From Macrostomum lignano (taxonomy: Eukaryota), in contig NIVC01001258.1 of the NCBI GenBank assembly GCA_002269645.1, positions 1 to 64,000 of the forward strand: a stretch of DNA of 64,000 nt, in the 5' to 3' direction. Each line of letters starts with the position of its first letter. Position 1 is the stretch's first letter. The position numbers and the translations under genes are program-made. Shown in pieces: positions 13,545 through 27,014 of this stretch. A model generated the notes under the pieces. That model ran no database searches. It saw nothing but the letters and a program-made list of their open reading frames with translations, and had not been told where the DNA came from.

Positions 13545-14463
13545 AATCTAGAGCTGCATCTATAATCGATCTAGCGCTAATCTAGAGCTGCATCTATAAT
13601 CGATCTAGCGCTAATCTAGGGCTGCATCTATAATCGATCTAGCGCTAATCTAGGGCTGCATCTATAATCGATCAAGCGCTAATCTAGAGCTGCATCTATA
13701 ATCGATCTAGCGCTAATCTAGGGCTGCATCTATAATCGATCTAGCGCTAATCTAGAGCTGCATCTATAATCGATCTAGCGCTAATCTAGAGCTGCATCTA
13801 TAATCGATCTAGCGCTAATCTAGAGATGCATCTAGAATCGATTTAGCGCTAATCTAGAGATGCATTTAATCGATCTAGCGCTAATGTAGAGCTGCATCTA
13901 TAATCGATCTAGCGCTAATCTAGAGATGCATCTAGAATCGATTTAGCGCTAATCTAGAGATGCATTTAATCGATCTAGCGCTAATCTAGAGATGCATCTA
14001 TATCGATCTAGCGCTAATCTAGGGCTGCATCTATATCGATCTAGCGTAATCTAGAGATGCATCTATAATCGATCTAGCGCTAATCTAGAGCTGCATCTAT
14101 AATCGATCTAGCGCTAATCTAGAGCTGCATCTAATCGATCTAGCGCTAATCTAGAGCTGCATCTATAATCGATCTAGCGCTAATCTAGAGCTGCATCTAT
14201 AATCGATCTAGCGCTAATCTAGAGCTGCATCTAATCGATCTAGCGCTAATCTAGAGCTGCATCTAATCGATCTAGCGCTAATCTAGAGCTGCATCTATAA
14301 TCGATCTAGCGCTAATCTAGAGCTGCATCTATAATCGATCTAGCGCTAATCTAGAGCTGCATCTAATCGATCTAGCGCTAATCTAGAGCTGCCTCTAATC
14401 GATCTGGCGCTAATCTAGAGCTGCATCTATAATCGATCTAGCGCTAATCTAGAGCTGCATCTA
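13545..14463. repeat. 34-bp minisatellite (TAATCTAGAGCTGCATCTATAATCGATCTAGCGC) upstream of sideroflexin
   Basis: Period 34 (13561 to 13595). Begins about 165 nt upstream of the ATG. Confidence 0.96.
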
Positions 14464-14950
14464 ACAGTCTCTGGCATCCATATAACTAACTCGCGGAAAA
14501 AAAACGACTGCACAAAAAGGAGTTTTGAGTTTATTTAAACTCAGCTTGCAATGTTATGAAAGCAATTCCGAGGAAGGTGTTGTGCACATGTTTTGAAAAT
14601 AAAATATCAAACTATTCGTGAAATGATAATCAAACTAGCGGTTGACCGTGTTGTGTTCGGTATAACATTGCATTCGTTGAGTTTTTAAAGAAAGTGAAAT
14701 CTTCAGTACCGCAAAAGAAGTCAGGATCTGTAGCGCAATAACAGGCAGATCAACTCGCTCTCCGCATCCCAACATAGTACATAATATCTCTATCGAAAGG
14801 CATTGTAATAATTATAAACTAAAACAATTGGATATTGCTAGAGTAAATAAAAAGCTTTTGTCGATGTAAAAACTCGCACTGGATAACTGTTACAAATTAA
14901 ATCATCGCTATAAACTATCATTATTGAAAATTCTCTGCCGTAAGATTATT

Positions 14951-15832
14951 AAATGAGCCCAAAATCTCACCTGTAAGATTTTAAATGAACCCTAAATCTC
15001 ACCCATGAGATTGTGAACCCCTAAATCTCACCCATGAGATTATTAAATGAACCCCTAAATCTCACCCATGAGATTATTAAATGAACCCCTAAATCTCATC
15101 CATGAGGTTATTAAATGAAGCCAGAATCTCACCCATGAGATTATTAAATGAACCCTAAATCTCACCCATGAGATTATTAAATGAACCCCTAAATCTCATC
15201 CATGAGGTTATTAAATGAAGCCAGAATCTCACCCATGAGATTATTAAATGAACCCTAAATCTCACCCATGAGATTATTAAATGAACCCCTAAATCTCATC
15301 CATGAGGTTATTAAATGAAGCCAGAATCTCACCCATGAGATTATTAAATGAACCCCTAAATCTCACCCATGAGATTATTAAATGAACCCCTAAATCTCAT
15401 CCATGAGGTTATTAAATGAAGCCAGAATCTCACCCATGAGATTATTAAATGAACCCTAAATCTCACCCATGAGATTAATAAATGAACCCCTAAATCTCAC
15501 CCATGAGATTATTAAATGAACCCTAAATCTCACCCATGAGGTTATTAAATGAAGCCAGAATCTCACCCATGAGATTATTAAATGAACCCTAAATCTCACC
15601 CATGAGATTATTAAATGAACCCTAAATCTCACCCATGAGGTTATTAAATGAAGCCAGAATCTCACCCATGAGATTATTAAATGAACCCTAAATCTCACCC
15701 ATGAGATTACTAAATCAACCCCTAAATCTCACCCATGAGATTATTAAATGAAGCCAGAATCTCACCCATGAGATTATTAAATCAAGCCAAAATCTCACCC
15801 ATGAGATTATTAAATCAAGCCAGAATCTCACC
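14951..15832. repeat. 33-34-bp minisatellite (AAATCTCACCCATGAGATTATTAAATGAACCCT)
   Basis: Tandem units, each containing the inverted repeat AATCTCA-CCCA-TGAGATT. Confidence 0.96.
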
Positions 15833-16039
15833 AATTTAATTGTTAAATATACCGGTGATCTCACCACGGATATTTATTAGATAAGTCGAATATAACTGAA
15901 CCCAGAATTTTTATATAAACCGAAATTCCCTCACTTCTCAATTTAGGAAAAATGAAAAAAACAAAACTGGAATAAACAATATAGCCTAGAAGCCCCATCT
16001 CTGCAGCACCTGCATGCTGCACAAGTTGATTAAAGTAAT

Positions 16040-19000
16040 TCAAGCTCTCTTGGCATCTCGCTCTCCATCAGCCCCGGTGGAGTCTGCATCGTACGGCCAA
16101 GGCTCCAGGTGCGCGAGGCCGTGCTCTCTGTACCAGCTGTTCAGCTCCCTGCCGGCCGCCTGCGATGCTTCAACGAATCCTTCGCGCGGCCGGGCCAGCC
16201 GAAAGAACCGATCGGACAGGACAGACAGGGGCGCGAACTCGGACTGGCATCCGGGCAGCTGAACGGCCCGGTCCTGATACAGCACCCGGCACCAGATTCT
16301 CTCCTGACTGGCCGTAGCACCTGCGGAACTACCATTGTCATTGGTGTAGAATTCGAACACGATTGCGGAACCAAATGGCGGCCAGCTGATGTCGGATCGG
16401 GGATCGAAGCCTAGGGCTAGCAGCACGGGCAGAAGCATCGAATCGTGAGATGAGTACAGCTCGAATCGATGGTGGTCGCCTCGGCCCGACGCAAGTCGGT
16501 CAACATTGCTGGCCAAGGTGTGCACCCAGGTGCCGATGCAGTACGGCAGGGCCTGGAGTGCAGGACAGGGGAGGCGACTGTTTCGACATCTAGTCTCCCA
16601 GCATCCGACATCTAGTCTCCCAGCATCCGACATCTAGTCTCCCAGCATGCGACATCTAGTCTCCCAGCAACTGACATCTAGTCTCCCAGCAACTGACATC
16701 TAGTCTCCCAGCATCTGACATCTAGTCTCCCAGCATCCGACATCTAGTCTCCCAGCAACTGACATCTAGTCTCCCAGCATCCGACATTTAGTCTCCCAGC
16801 ATCCGACATCTAGTCTCCTAGCATCTGACATCTAGTCTCCCAGCATCTGACATCTAGTCTCCCAGCATCTGACATCTAGTCTCCAAACATCCGACATCTA
16901 GTCTCCGAGCATCCGACATCTAGTCTCCCAGCATCTGACATCTAGTCTCCCAGCATCTGACATCTAGTCTCCCAGCATCTGACATCTAGACTCCAAACAT
17001 CCGACATCTAGTCTCCGAGCATCCGACATCTAGTCTCCCAGCATCCGACATCTAGTCTCCCAGCATCCGACATTTAGTCTCCCAGAATCCGATATCCAGT
17101 AATACAGCATCCGACAGCAAAATTAGCTAGGCTATAAGTATTCAATTATCAAATAGTACATGGACAGACTCATTGATCAACAATCCAGGACTCATCTTAG
17201 GACAGCCTAACAGCAGTCAAATCAGCCACACTACTCACTTCTTCCCAGATTTCGCAGGGCCCCATCTCCTCTGTGAGCAGTTCCAGAGCGCACAGTCTAT
17301 CCAGAGTCGGGCACAGCTTGGCCACGGGACCCGGCAAAGTAGATCCGTGAGCCAGTCTAGCCGACAGGTCATCTCTGGCAAAGTACAGCGGCACAAAGTT
17401 TTCCCTCGGCTTTTGTGTTTCGTTCCACGAGGGCATCGGCGAAGCGCGACCACCGTAGGAGGGAATGCCGAAGGCATTGGCCAGCTGCTGCCGAGTCGCC
17501 AAGTAGCCATCTAATCGGCTTAGCAGCGCGCTTGCGTTGGCCAGATTGAGATTTTGCAGCTCGGGGACTGTCCGAAAGTTTGGGAACAGATCCTCGTCGA
17601 TTAGAGAGCGAATTGCCACCCGGACAGTAGCTGGGGCGGCCTGCGCAGCAAATATCAAGCATAATAATATCACCGATTTTTTGCTTTGGGGATTTGAGAG
17701 TTGGGAAGGGAATTTTATTTCTTAGGGATTTTTGAGACTCGGAAAGGGGATTTTAAGCTTTTAGGGATTTCTGAGAGTTGGGAAGGGGATTTTTTAGCTT
17801 TTAGGGATTTCTGAGAGTTGGGAAGGGGATTTTTATCTCTAAGGGATTTTTGAGACTCGGAAAGGGGATTTTTAGCTTTTTGGGGATTTCTGAGAGTTGG
17901 GAAGGGGATTTTTATCTCTTAGGGATTTTTGAGACTCGGAAAGGGGATTTTTAGCTTTTGGGGATTTCTGAGAGTTGGGAAGGGGATTTTTATCTCTAAG
18001 GGATTTTTGAGACTCGGAAAGGGGATTTTTAGCTTTTTGGGGATTTCTGAGAGTTGGGAAGGGGATTTTTATCTCTAAGGGATTTTTGAGACTCGGAAAG
18101 GGGATTTTTAGCTTTTGGGGATTTCTGAGAGTTGGGAAGGGGATTTTTATCTCTTGGGGATTTCTAAGACTTGAAATGGGATTTTTAGCTTTTGGGGATT
18201 TCTGAGAGTTGGGAAGGGGATTTTTATCGCTTGGGATTTCTGGGAGTTGAAAATGGGATTTTCAGCTTTTGGGGATTTCTGAGAGTTGGGAAGGGGATTT
18301 TTATCTCTTGGGGATTTCTTGAAGTTGAAAATGGGATTTTTAGCTTTTGGGATTTTTATCTCTTGGGGATTTCTTGAAGTTGAAAATGGGATTTTTAGCT
18401 TTTGGGATTTTTATCTCTTGGGGATTTCTGAGAGTTGGGAAAGTGATTTTTAGCTTTTATGGATTTCTGAGAGTTGGGAAGGGGATTTTTATCTCTTAGG
18501 GCTTTTTGAGACTCGGAAAGGGGATTCTTAGCTTTTGGGGATTTTCAGCTTTGGGGACTTATAATACTATGCATGTAGAATGGGAGTTTGGGATGCATTT
18601 TGAAATGGATCCAACACAGGTCTATCTAGCCAAACTTCTCAGAGCACACACCGATGCTTCCAGCGACTCGCCTGGCTGAGCGTCCAGCAGTAGCCCAGCC
18701 AGCACGCACTGCAGCGACTGCACGCAGCGCAGTATGCTGGTGCTGCGACAGTACAGCCAGCCTCCGTAGTCTTCTTTGTGCTTACGAAGATTGTCGTTAA
18801 CCAGCTGACGGTAGTCTCGGCGAAGCCGCTGGCCCAAGCGGATCATGTCGGCCTGGCCGAGGCGGGTCAGAGAGCCCGGCTGGGCGCCGCCCAACAGGTA
18901 CTGCCGGTGCGGCCGCATCAGGCTGGGCTGCGAGCCCGGATGCAGCGGGTCGTACAGCTGCATCTGCGGTGGGGCGCACGGAGATCGGGGGCTGGCGAGA

Positions 19001-19799
19001 ACTGTTTCACTCTGGGTTACTTTTCAAAGTTTTACCCTAGAGATTTTACAAAACTCACTCTAGAAGATATCGGAAATCTCACCCAAACGATTTGGAAATC
19101 TCACCCTAACGATTCGGAAATATCACCCTTACAATTCTGGAAATCCCACCCTAACGATTCTGGAAATCTCACCCTAACGATTCTGGAAATCTCACCCTAA
19201 CGATTTGGAAATCTCACCCTAACAATTTGGAAATTTCACCCTAAACATTCTTGAAATCTCACCCTAACAATCTGGAAATCTCACTCTAAAGATTCTGGAA
19301 ATCTCACCCTAACAATCCGGAAATCTCACTCAAACAGTTTGAAAATCTGACTTCAAAAAATTGGAAATCTCACAATTTCAGAATTTATGAGCAGTAAGCT
19401 ACAAATCCTCCAGGCTAAAGTCCTCAAACCCAAATCTCAATAAAACTTAAGCAGACTCCCTACCTGCACGCCATCCATCTCAGCTAGCTGATAAGCCACA
19501 TCGGTTGGCCAGCGGAACTGATCGCCCAGATAGCCGGGCACCTTGTGCAGCGGCGTCCTGGCACCGTGGCGCATCAGCACGGACACTGAGGCCAGACTGA
19601 GCCCCGCTGGCTGGGAAGAACTCTTCCCTGGTAGTAGGCGCGCCCGCGGCAACTCAGCGTATCTGCTGGGGAAGAAATCCCCATTGCTAAAACTGTGGCT
19701 TTCTTCGGTACTGCTAGCGGAATTGGTGTTGGCTGCTGCCGCTGCTGTAGCGGCCGCTGCACTGGCGACTGCGAATAGCCGGGGGAGACCAGCTGGCAT
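16040..19799 (-). CDS. ACP6: Histidine acid phosphatase, lysophosphatidic acid phosphatase type 6-like, ~520 aa; exons 19799-19464, 18963-18652, 17640-17239, 16552-16040
   Basis: Catalytic RHGARTP motif, G.LT.LGQ..M..LG..LR motif, RSTS..RCVQS, and HD proton-donor motif (YSSHDS) followed by WPPF. All three introns are GT-AG and phase 0. A probable extra 5'UTR intron ends at CCGCAG just upstream of the ATG. ACP6 rather than another acid phosphatase is an inference. Confidence 0.85.
16585..17095. repeat. 22-bp minisatellite (GACATCTAGTCTCCCAGCATCC) in phosphatase intron 3
   Basis: Period 22 (16585 to 16607). Ends about 30 nt from the acceptor. Confidence 0.96.
17685..18555. repeat. ~39-bp minisatellite with ~78-bp dimers in phosphatase intron 2
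   Basis: Alternating GGGATTTCTGAGAGTTGGGAAGGGGATTTTTATCTC.. and GGGATTTTTGAGACTCGGAAAGGGGATTTTTAGCTT.. units. Confidence 0.93.
19040..19380. repeat. Degenerate 23-bp minisatellite (GAAATCTCACCCTAACGATTCTG) in phosphatase intron 1
   Basis: Visible tandem units. Confidence 0.9.
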
Positions 19800-19819
19800 T
19801 GATAGGCTGCGGAATGGGC

Positions 19820-19842
19820 ATAGATAGATAGATAGATTGATT

Positions 19843-19877
<35 letters not shown>

Positions 19878-19878
19878 T

Positions 19879-19912
<34 letters not shown>
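19820..19912. repeat. (GATA)n microsatellite just upstream of the phosphatase ATG
   Basis: Direct observation. Confidence 0.95.
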
Positions 19913-19913
<1 letters not shown>

Positions 19914-20137
19914 TTTTAAAGTCAATTGTTTCATATGGAACAAACTTATAGCAGCCAAAATTTAGTCAATTTTAAAACCCCTTTTTCCACATCTTGCTAG
20001 ATAAGGGAGAGAGAGAGGCAGAGGTTGGGATGGCTGTTTCATTGACAAAAGCAGACAAACTTTAAAAGTACACAGTGCAATTCAAGATTATCTTTGAGAC
20101 TCAAAATTTTACATAATTTCATCAAAATAGTTGAAGA

Positions 20138-20492
20138 CTAGCAATCTACGCCCCCATTGGGGAGACAAAGAAATGCAATACTTTGTCTCCCCAACGGGGG
20201 GATTGTCAGTGTCAAATTTAAAGAGGATTGGTAAAACAGGAATGGCACTAGAAATTATTGAGTAAAAAATTAGACTTTTAAACATTTTTTTTCACTTTTA
20301 GATAGGAAAACTTAGATTTAGGAAATTTTTAAGGTAGTCCCCTAGCCTAAAACATTCTCTATAGTGGGTTTAGGGTGGGTACAAATTTTGGTATAATTTG
20401 GTTAAGCAGTTTGAGAGTCCATACTGAACAAAACTATATACAAACAAACAAACAGACAGACACAATTAGAGTTTTATTTTTATAAATAAAGA
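20138..20492 (-). mobile_element. Non-autonomous Helitron-like element (Lep1/DINE-style)
   Basis: On the minus strand it begins A|TC (20492), carries a TGTC/TTTG microsatellite near the 5' end, and has a long hairpin (CCCCCATTGGGGAGACAAAG..CTTTGTCTCCCCAACGGGGG, 20151-20200) just before the terminal CTAG|T. The same 3' end recurs at 33544-33572. Confidence 0.7.
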
Positions 20493-20869
20493 TAACCTGA
20501 GGCTTACTGAACTATATACATCTTGGCAAGTCATAAGAGCATGCAATAGGACCCGCAATGAATTTCAAAATAATACTAACTAATAAAAATTTAAAATAGA
20601 TATATTAATAAATAATACTTAAGAATAAAATAAAGAATACTTTATATTCTTAGAAACACGAAAGTTTTTTAAGTCAAAATAAAGTGCCAAAGTTAGGCCT
20701 AACTTTAGTTAATAATCCAAAACAAGTGGAAATAATATAAATTATTATTATATCTAGCCATGGCATTGGCATTGCATTAAATAGGCTTACATTTACTAAC
20801 TTAGATCAACTATAAATACTAAACTATATTAGTATAAAAAATATACTAATGATGTCAACTTTATCACAA

Positions 20870-21940
20870 TAGGAGCACAAGAAATGCCCGCAGACAAAAT
20901 GCTTATTAAGATTTGCCTGCCAAGCTTTTCCTGCCAAAATTAGCCTATAGTACATTTTGCCCATGAGCAAATTGCCCATGGAGATTTGCCTGCAGTGCAT
21001 TTTGCCCGCAAGTGAATTGCCTGCAAGCAAATTGCCCACCAAGTTTTTTCCTACCAAGGTTTGCCTGCATGTTTTTTTTCCTATAGCACATTTGGCCATG
21101 CAACAGATTTTGTCTACATTGCCTCCCTAGCTTAGTAAAACAAGTCTTAATAAAGAGATCTACCTAATCAAATGTTTTAATAGCAATTGCATATCAAATG
21201 CATAAATTTTTTGGGGGGTGGAGGGGCATTACAAACAGAATCTAGCTGCTAAATATGCTGTAAGAAAAAAGCATTGTGGGCAAACCTTGGTAGATAATTC
21301 ACTTGCAGGCAAAATGCAGGCATAGTTCTAGTTTGCGATATTATTTCATAGTTCTAGTTTACTTCACAATATTATTTTTGTGTTTTTTTTGCATTTACAT
21401 AGCATATTCTGCATCTGTATCTGAACCACAACCCTTTCAGCTTAATCTGCACAATGGCTGGCCGCCCAGCTGCCCCAACATTTATTTGATGTACGTCGGG
21501 CAATGTACGTCGATGGCTATGCCTGGGACTGTCGGCAGTGTTGGGCGCAGCACTCGATCTCACGTGGCTCATTTTTTGCCAATTCACACCTACGACTGGC
21601 CTAGGTGTTAGAGCTGACATACTACTGGGTGGCGGGGATGTCGCATTTGGCGCCGTGCTTTACTGGGCTTCCGTGTATTACCCTGTTTAAGTGACTTGGC
21701 AACTTCAACTGACTATTTTTCTGACTTGTGACACTTAAGCCAAACCTGGAAAGTGACAAAAACAGGGTGAAATAATTTAGCAAGGCAAAATAATATCGCA
21801 AAGTAAACTAGAACTATGCCAAAATGCATTATAAGCAAATCTTGGTGGGCAAAATGCATTGCAAGCAATTCTTGGTGGGTAATTCTTATAGGCCCTAGGC
21901 AAATCTTGATAGGCAAATCTCTTGGGTTATCCTGAAGATT
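20870..21940. repeat. Foldback-like region of degenerate ~15-bp modules (GCAAATTGCCC-like) in both orientations
   Basis: Modules at 20900-21070 recur inverted at 21280-21320 and 21835-21920. GGCATAGTTCTAGTTT..GCGATATTATTT is inverted between ~21319 and ~21786-21820. Confidence 0.45.
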
Positions 21941-22295
21941 CCCATGTTTAATTATAACCCTCCCCCTACCACCCTTGAATAGAGGGCGAAATAATTCCGT
22001 AAAATAATTAAACGCAGGAATCTTCAGGATTGCCATCTCTTGATTTATAGAATATAGGCTTGATAGGCAAGCCTATAGCATAGGGATACCTGTATCCTGT
22101 GCCTAGTGACCTCTCCCCTCTAAAATATTAGGCTTTGCTTATCCTGAATACAAAAAAATTAAAAAAATCAATTTATCTAGGGGCCTACTATTAACTATAT
22201 AGCGATATAGGCTACTAGCCCTGCCATTTAAACCTTCTTGTATCAAGTCATTTGACATTTGCCTGACATTTTTGTTTGGCTGAGACAGAGCCTGG

Positions 22296-22561
22296 CAGGG
22301 GCGCAGCGAGGGGGGTATCGGTATATCGGCCGATACCCCCAAATTTCCAAAGCAACATTTTTTTCCTTTTTTCAGTTGCAATTGTGCCCGTTAAGGAAGA
22401 GAAAGGTATCCAAATCGAAAGAATAACAATTAACAAACAAATAGAGTAATTATATGTATTATGCACTAGAAATACATTAAGGGGATATGTGGATCTCAAG
22501 CCCTTGCTTTCTGATAACAGCTAACCGATACCCCCAAATAAAAATCCTGGCTACGCCCCTA
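22296..22561. mobile_element. hAT-type MITE, 266 bp
   Basis: TIRs CAGGGGCGCAGCGAGG / TAGGGGCGTAGCCAGG. 8-bp TSD GAGCCTGG / AAGCCTGG (7/8 match). Confidence 0.75.
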
Positions 22562-24761
22562 AAGCCTGGTAATTATGAAAACTCTCAATGAGGACCACGA
22601 AAATTGATTTCTGTAGAATGAAAAGGCTAATACAAATATATATATAGATAAACTAAACCTGACTCACTGACTGACTGTGTTCGGTATTTAAATACTCATA
22701 CATGGCCCATAATAAGGAGTCAGGGACTTAGGTCAGGACTATACTATAATAATAAACTGAAGGCTACGAGAGATCATTTGCAAAACAATCTTTACTATTG
22801 GTCGATATGAATCGATCGTTTCTTGTGACTTAAGACAGAAGAACAATACGTGCTGCGCTGCGTGGCCCGGAACGGACACTTTTGCCCTTGCATAATATAG
22901 TAGTAACGTAAACCTGAAAGTATTAAGTTCAATTCAAAGAACATGGCATAATGAACTTTTTTACTTGATGTCATTAAAAGTTATACTATGCTTTAATTTA
23001 AAATATAAACAAATATTTTCTTTTTCAGCTTCTGATAAGTTGATAATATCTTTTAATTTTCTAGTTCCTGAATTAAATTCTGAACTTTGGTTTAATGCAT
23101 ACGACCGTTGAGATTTTTTATTCAAAATATTCGTACAGTAACTTAAGGCTCAGCGAAGCAAATGACACATACTAGATTCAAGACGCAACGAAACAAAATT
23201 TTACTTGTTTCTTTTACAAATTTTGCCTGGGCGTATGAAAAAACAATATGAAAATGAAAGTTTCAATATACAACTATATTTAAAATACACTGTACAACAG
23301 AGTAGTAACATGTTGCGAACGTTAGATAGATAGAATTAAAGAAATGTCGTCACTGCCAAAGATCAAATGCAATAATTGATTATGTGATGAAAAACGGACT
23401 ATTTCCTATCTCCGCTGTGTATTTTCTCCAGGCAATTGGTCTCCTACTAAAAGCTACACAATCTTTGAGTTTACGTCCTGTCGTTTTACTGTATGTACTA
23501 CAGTGTGGTCCGGGTCCGGTCATTGCAGTCATTGCCGGTGCCGGAGCGGGGGGCATAAGGCGGGCCACGTCAGGATGTCGGTCGTAAATTACACATATTA
23601 CTTAATTAGATTATATATCTCTAACCGAAGTTCAGCAGCAGACGTAGTAAAAATTGTCTATATAAGACTAAGAATTAATTATTAATTTGCGAAAGAAAAT
23701 GAATAAATGACTCCAAGGTCCCCAGCAATAGCTCCAGCAATAGAAAAAAACAAGGCAGCTGTGCCACTCGAGAAATAATATGCACTTTACAGATGTTGCT
23801 ATTGGTCCCGAGTTTGTGCCACGCAGTTTCAGCTTTGTGCCGGCTCGTTTTTTGTAGAAAACATCGATTAAAAGTACAAAAACACCGGAAACCTATTGCT
23901 GAAGTTATTGCTGAGTTCTAGCGACATGGAACAATGTCAAAAAGTTGTGCCGTTTTGAAAAAAACTTATTTGGCACATTACACGGTTGTGCCACACACAT
24001 TTAACGGTGCCATACCCATGGAAGCCACGTACGCCACAGATTATAAAATTGGAGTACATTACTGTACGTCCTCGTTAGTGAGGATGCGAAAAAACAAAAT
24101 GAGTAAATAAACCTAACAGTGTAACAGAGTTTGATACATAATTTTTCAAGTAAATATAAAAAATAGATATAATAGATATCACATCAATACACAAATGCAG
24201 ATACAGCCATCTCCTCAATCAGTACACACAGTGCATGCAGATCGAGTATCCTCAGAATGTCTTTGCTAGTCGCGAGCTCGTGCCCGCGGGCAAAACTACT
24301 GCAGTGTATATATTGAGCCTGAATCTGCAGGAATGCCGGCACCCATCCTATACCGATACCCCCTGCTGAGATATTTGCCCTAGTCTGCTGCAAGCCGGGC
24401 TGATGCTTTCAGGCTAAGACCCTTATCAGCAAGCTGCAGAATTATGAGCTGGGCATATTGCATATAGCTACTAACCCTCATATTGTCCTTCTTCCCAGGT
24501 GTTGGGTGAAACGCGGCTTATTTATCGATTTTCTGCTTCAAATCTCAGAAATCCCGAAATCTCATGCATGTGAAAAACTCATTATGCCATAATATAACCA
24601 GCCCAGATCTCCCTGATTCATTGGGGCAAAAGGGCTACGTGACAAATCGGGAGGAAGTGGATGCATTTTAAGACCCTCAAAGTCAGTCGAGAACCAGCCA
24701 TTTTCCAAGAAAGATTTTTTACGCCAAAGTTTTTGTAAAATAGTAGAAAAAATGTACGATC

Positions 24762-25484
<723 letters not shown>

Positions 25485-26134
25485 TAAAGCAGAGCCAGAT
25501 CCCTCATTAACCCGTGATTAACATTCCTCACCGTCTGCCTCTCTGGTTCCAACAGCCCAAAAATCAAGTGTGCACGCTTGCTCAGTGGGGGGGGGGGCAA
25601 AGCAAAATTCGCATAGAAACGAGCTCGCTGGGCGGGTCAAGTGGATTTCGAGGCGTTGGGACTGCAGAGAGGCGTGTCGGATTGCAGCGCATGTCGCCCT
25701 GAGCTGGCGGGCTGGCGGGAGGAGGCTGCGGACTCGGAGCAGGCAAAAATCGCCCAGTGTCTTTGCTGTCCTCTTCCATTGGCGGGCCGGCCCCTCTCGG
25801 CCTCTTCTCCAATCTCTACCCGCATTCAAAACCTTTTTTCACGATGCCGCGATGCCCCCAGAAAAGCGACTGTCGCCGCCCGCCTCTTTCCATCTGCTTC
25901 CTCGCTCTGCTCTTAAGCCCCCCCCCCCGCATTGCCCGAGTGCTTCGCGTCTGACAACTGCTAATTCTATCAGACTCCGCCCAGGACGAGTTGACGGTGC
26001 CTGAGTTGCTTTCGGGAGCGGTTGCAGATGCAGCTGGAGGACTCTGATCGAGCTGACGATATGGGCGACAGAGGCAGAGTGGCCGGAGCTGCCGAGACAC
26101 CGGTAGGGTTTCATTAACTGACGATCGTGCGAAA

Positions 26135-26171
26135 CAGACAGAGAGACAGACAGACAGACAGACAGACACTA

Positions 26172-26208
<37 letters not shown>

Positions 26209-26211
26209 CTA

Positions 26212-26244
<33 letters not shown>

Positions 26245-26251
26245 CTAAGGC

Positions 26252-26340
<89 letters not shown>
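26135..26340. repeat. (GACA)n microsatellite
   Basis: Direct observation. Confidence 0.97.
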
Positions 26341-27014
26341 CGAAAGACACACAAGGCCTAAGGCGCAGACAGGCGCACCGCAGAGAGAAGCACTAACGCG
26401 GACAGACAGCCAACCGCTCAGTGCCATGCAGTTCGCAAACTCTGTTTAAAAAACTCTGACTGAGGCAGAGCCAGCTGCGGCGCTGCAGAGCCGAGTCCCA
26501 TTATGTTGCGAGCGACGAGATTTCCAGGAAAGCAGATGAAAGAGGCGGGCGGCAGTAATTGCGGGGATCGGATTTTCTAGCAGCACGGATGAGAAGAGAG
26601 GAGAAGCGGGAGGGAGCTTTGAGCTCAGCTTTCTGGATTTCAATACCTTTGAGCTGAGGGAAAGCGGCAAAGAGGATTAAGGGAGAGGGCGGTGCCTTTT
26701 TGTTTGGAAAAGCAAAATTTACTTTCTTCTATTAGACAGGAAGGGTTTGTGAGGCGGTGCAGAAGAGTGGCCTGTTAACATTAATTAAGCAAAACCGAAC
26801 AGGGGGTTTGTCAGCGACATGCATTTGAAAAGCTGAAAAAATTCTGTCTAATGAAACAAATTTTAATAGTTGAATTGTCAGCTTGAAGCAGTGTAAAAGC
26901 AGAAAAATAGACATAATGCATCAGAATAACAAGTGACTCCGAAACCGAGGAAACCAACTGACTAAACCCTAACCCCACCCCAACCCTTGCGATAACCATA
27001 ATTGCCCAAACTTA

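Noticed and set aside
13545-15832. CRISPR-like appearance of 33-34-bp palindromic repeats
   Set aside because: Units are head-to-tail with no unique spacers, there are no cas genes, and the context is eukaryotic.
16222-16234. GACAGGGGCGC match between phosphatase exon 4 and the 20-bp unit
   Set aside because: A short GC-rich match is expected by chance.
9417-19380. Telomere-like TTAGGG/CCCTAA hexamers in three arrays
   Set aside because: Single hexamers inside longer units, in mixed orientation; not telomeric tracts.
22640-22910. Second Helitron-like element (TATATAGA start, CTGA microsatellite, GC-rich end)
   Set aside because: Termini are not canonical enough and there is no second copy in the window.
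23380-23685. Short overlapping ORFs in a GC-richer patch
   Set aside because: 60-67 aa, with no motif or convincing splice partners.
25518-26670. ORFs in the GC-rich island upstream of the channel gene
   Set aside because: Several short overlapping frames, none with recognisable coding signal or a phase-compatible donor.
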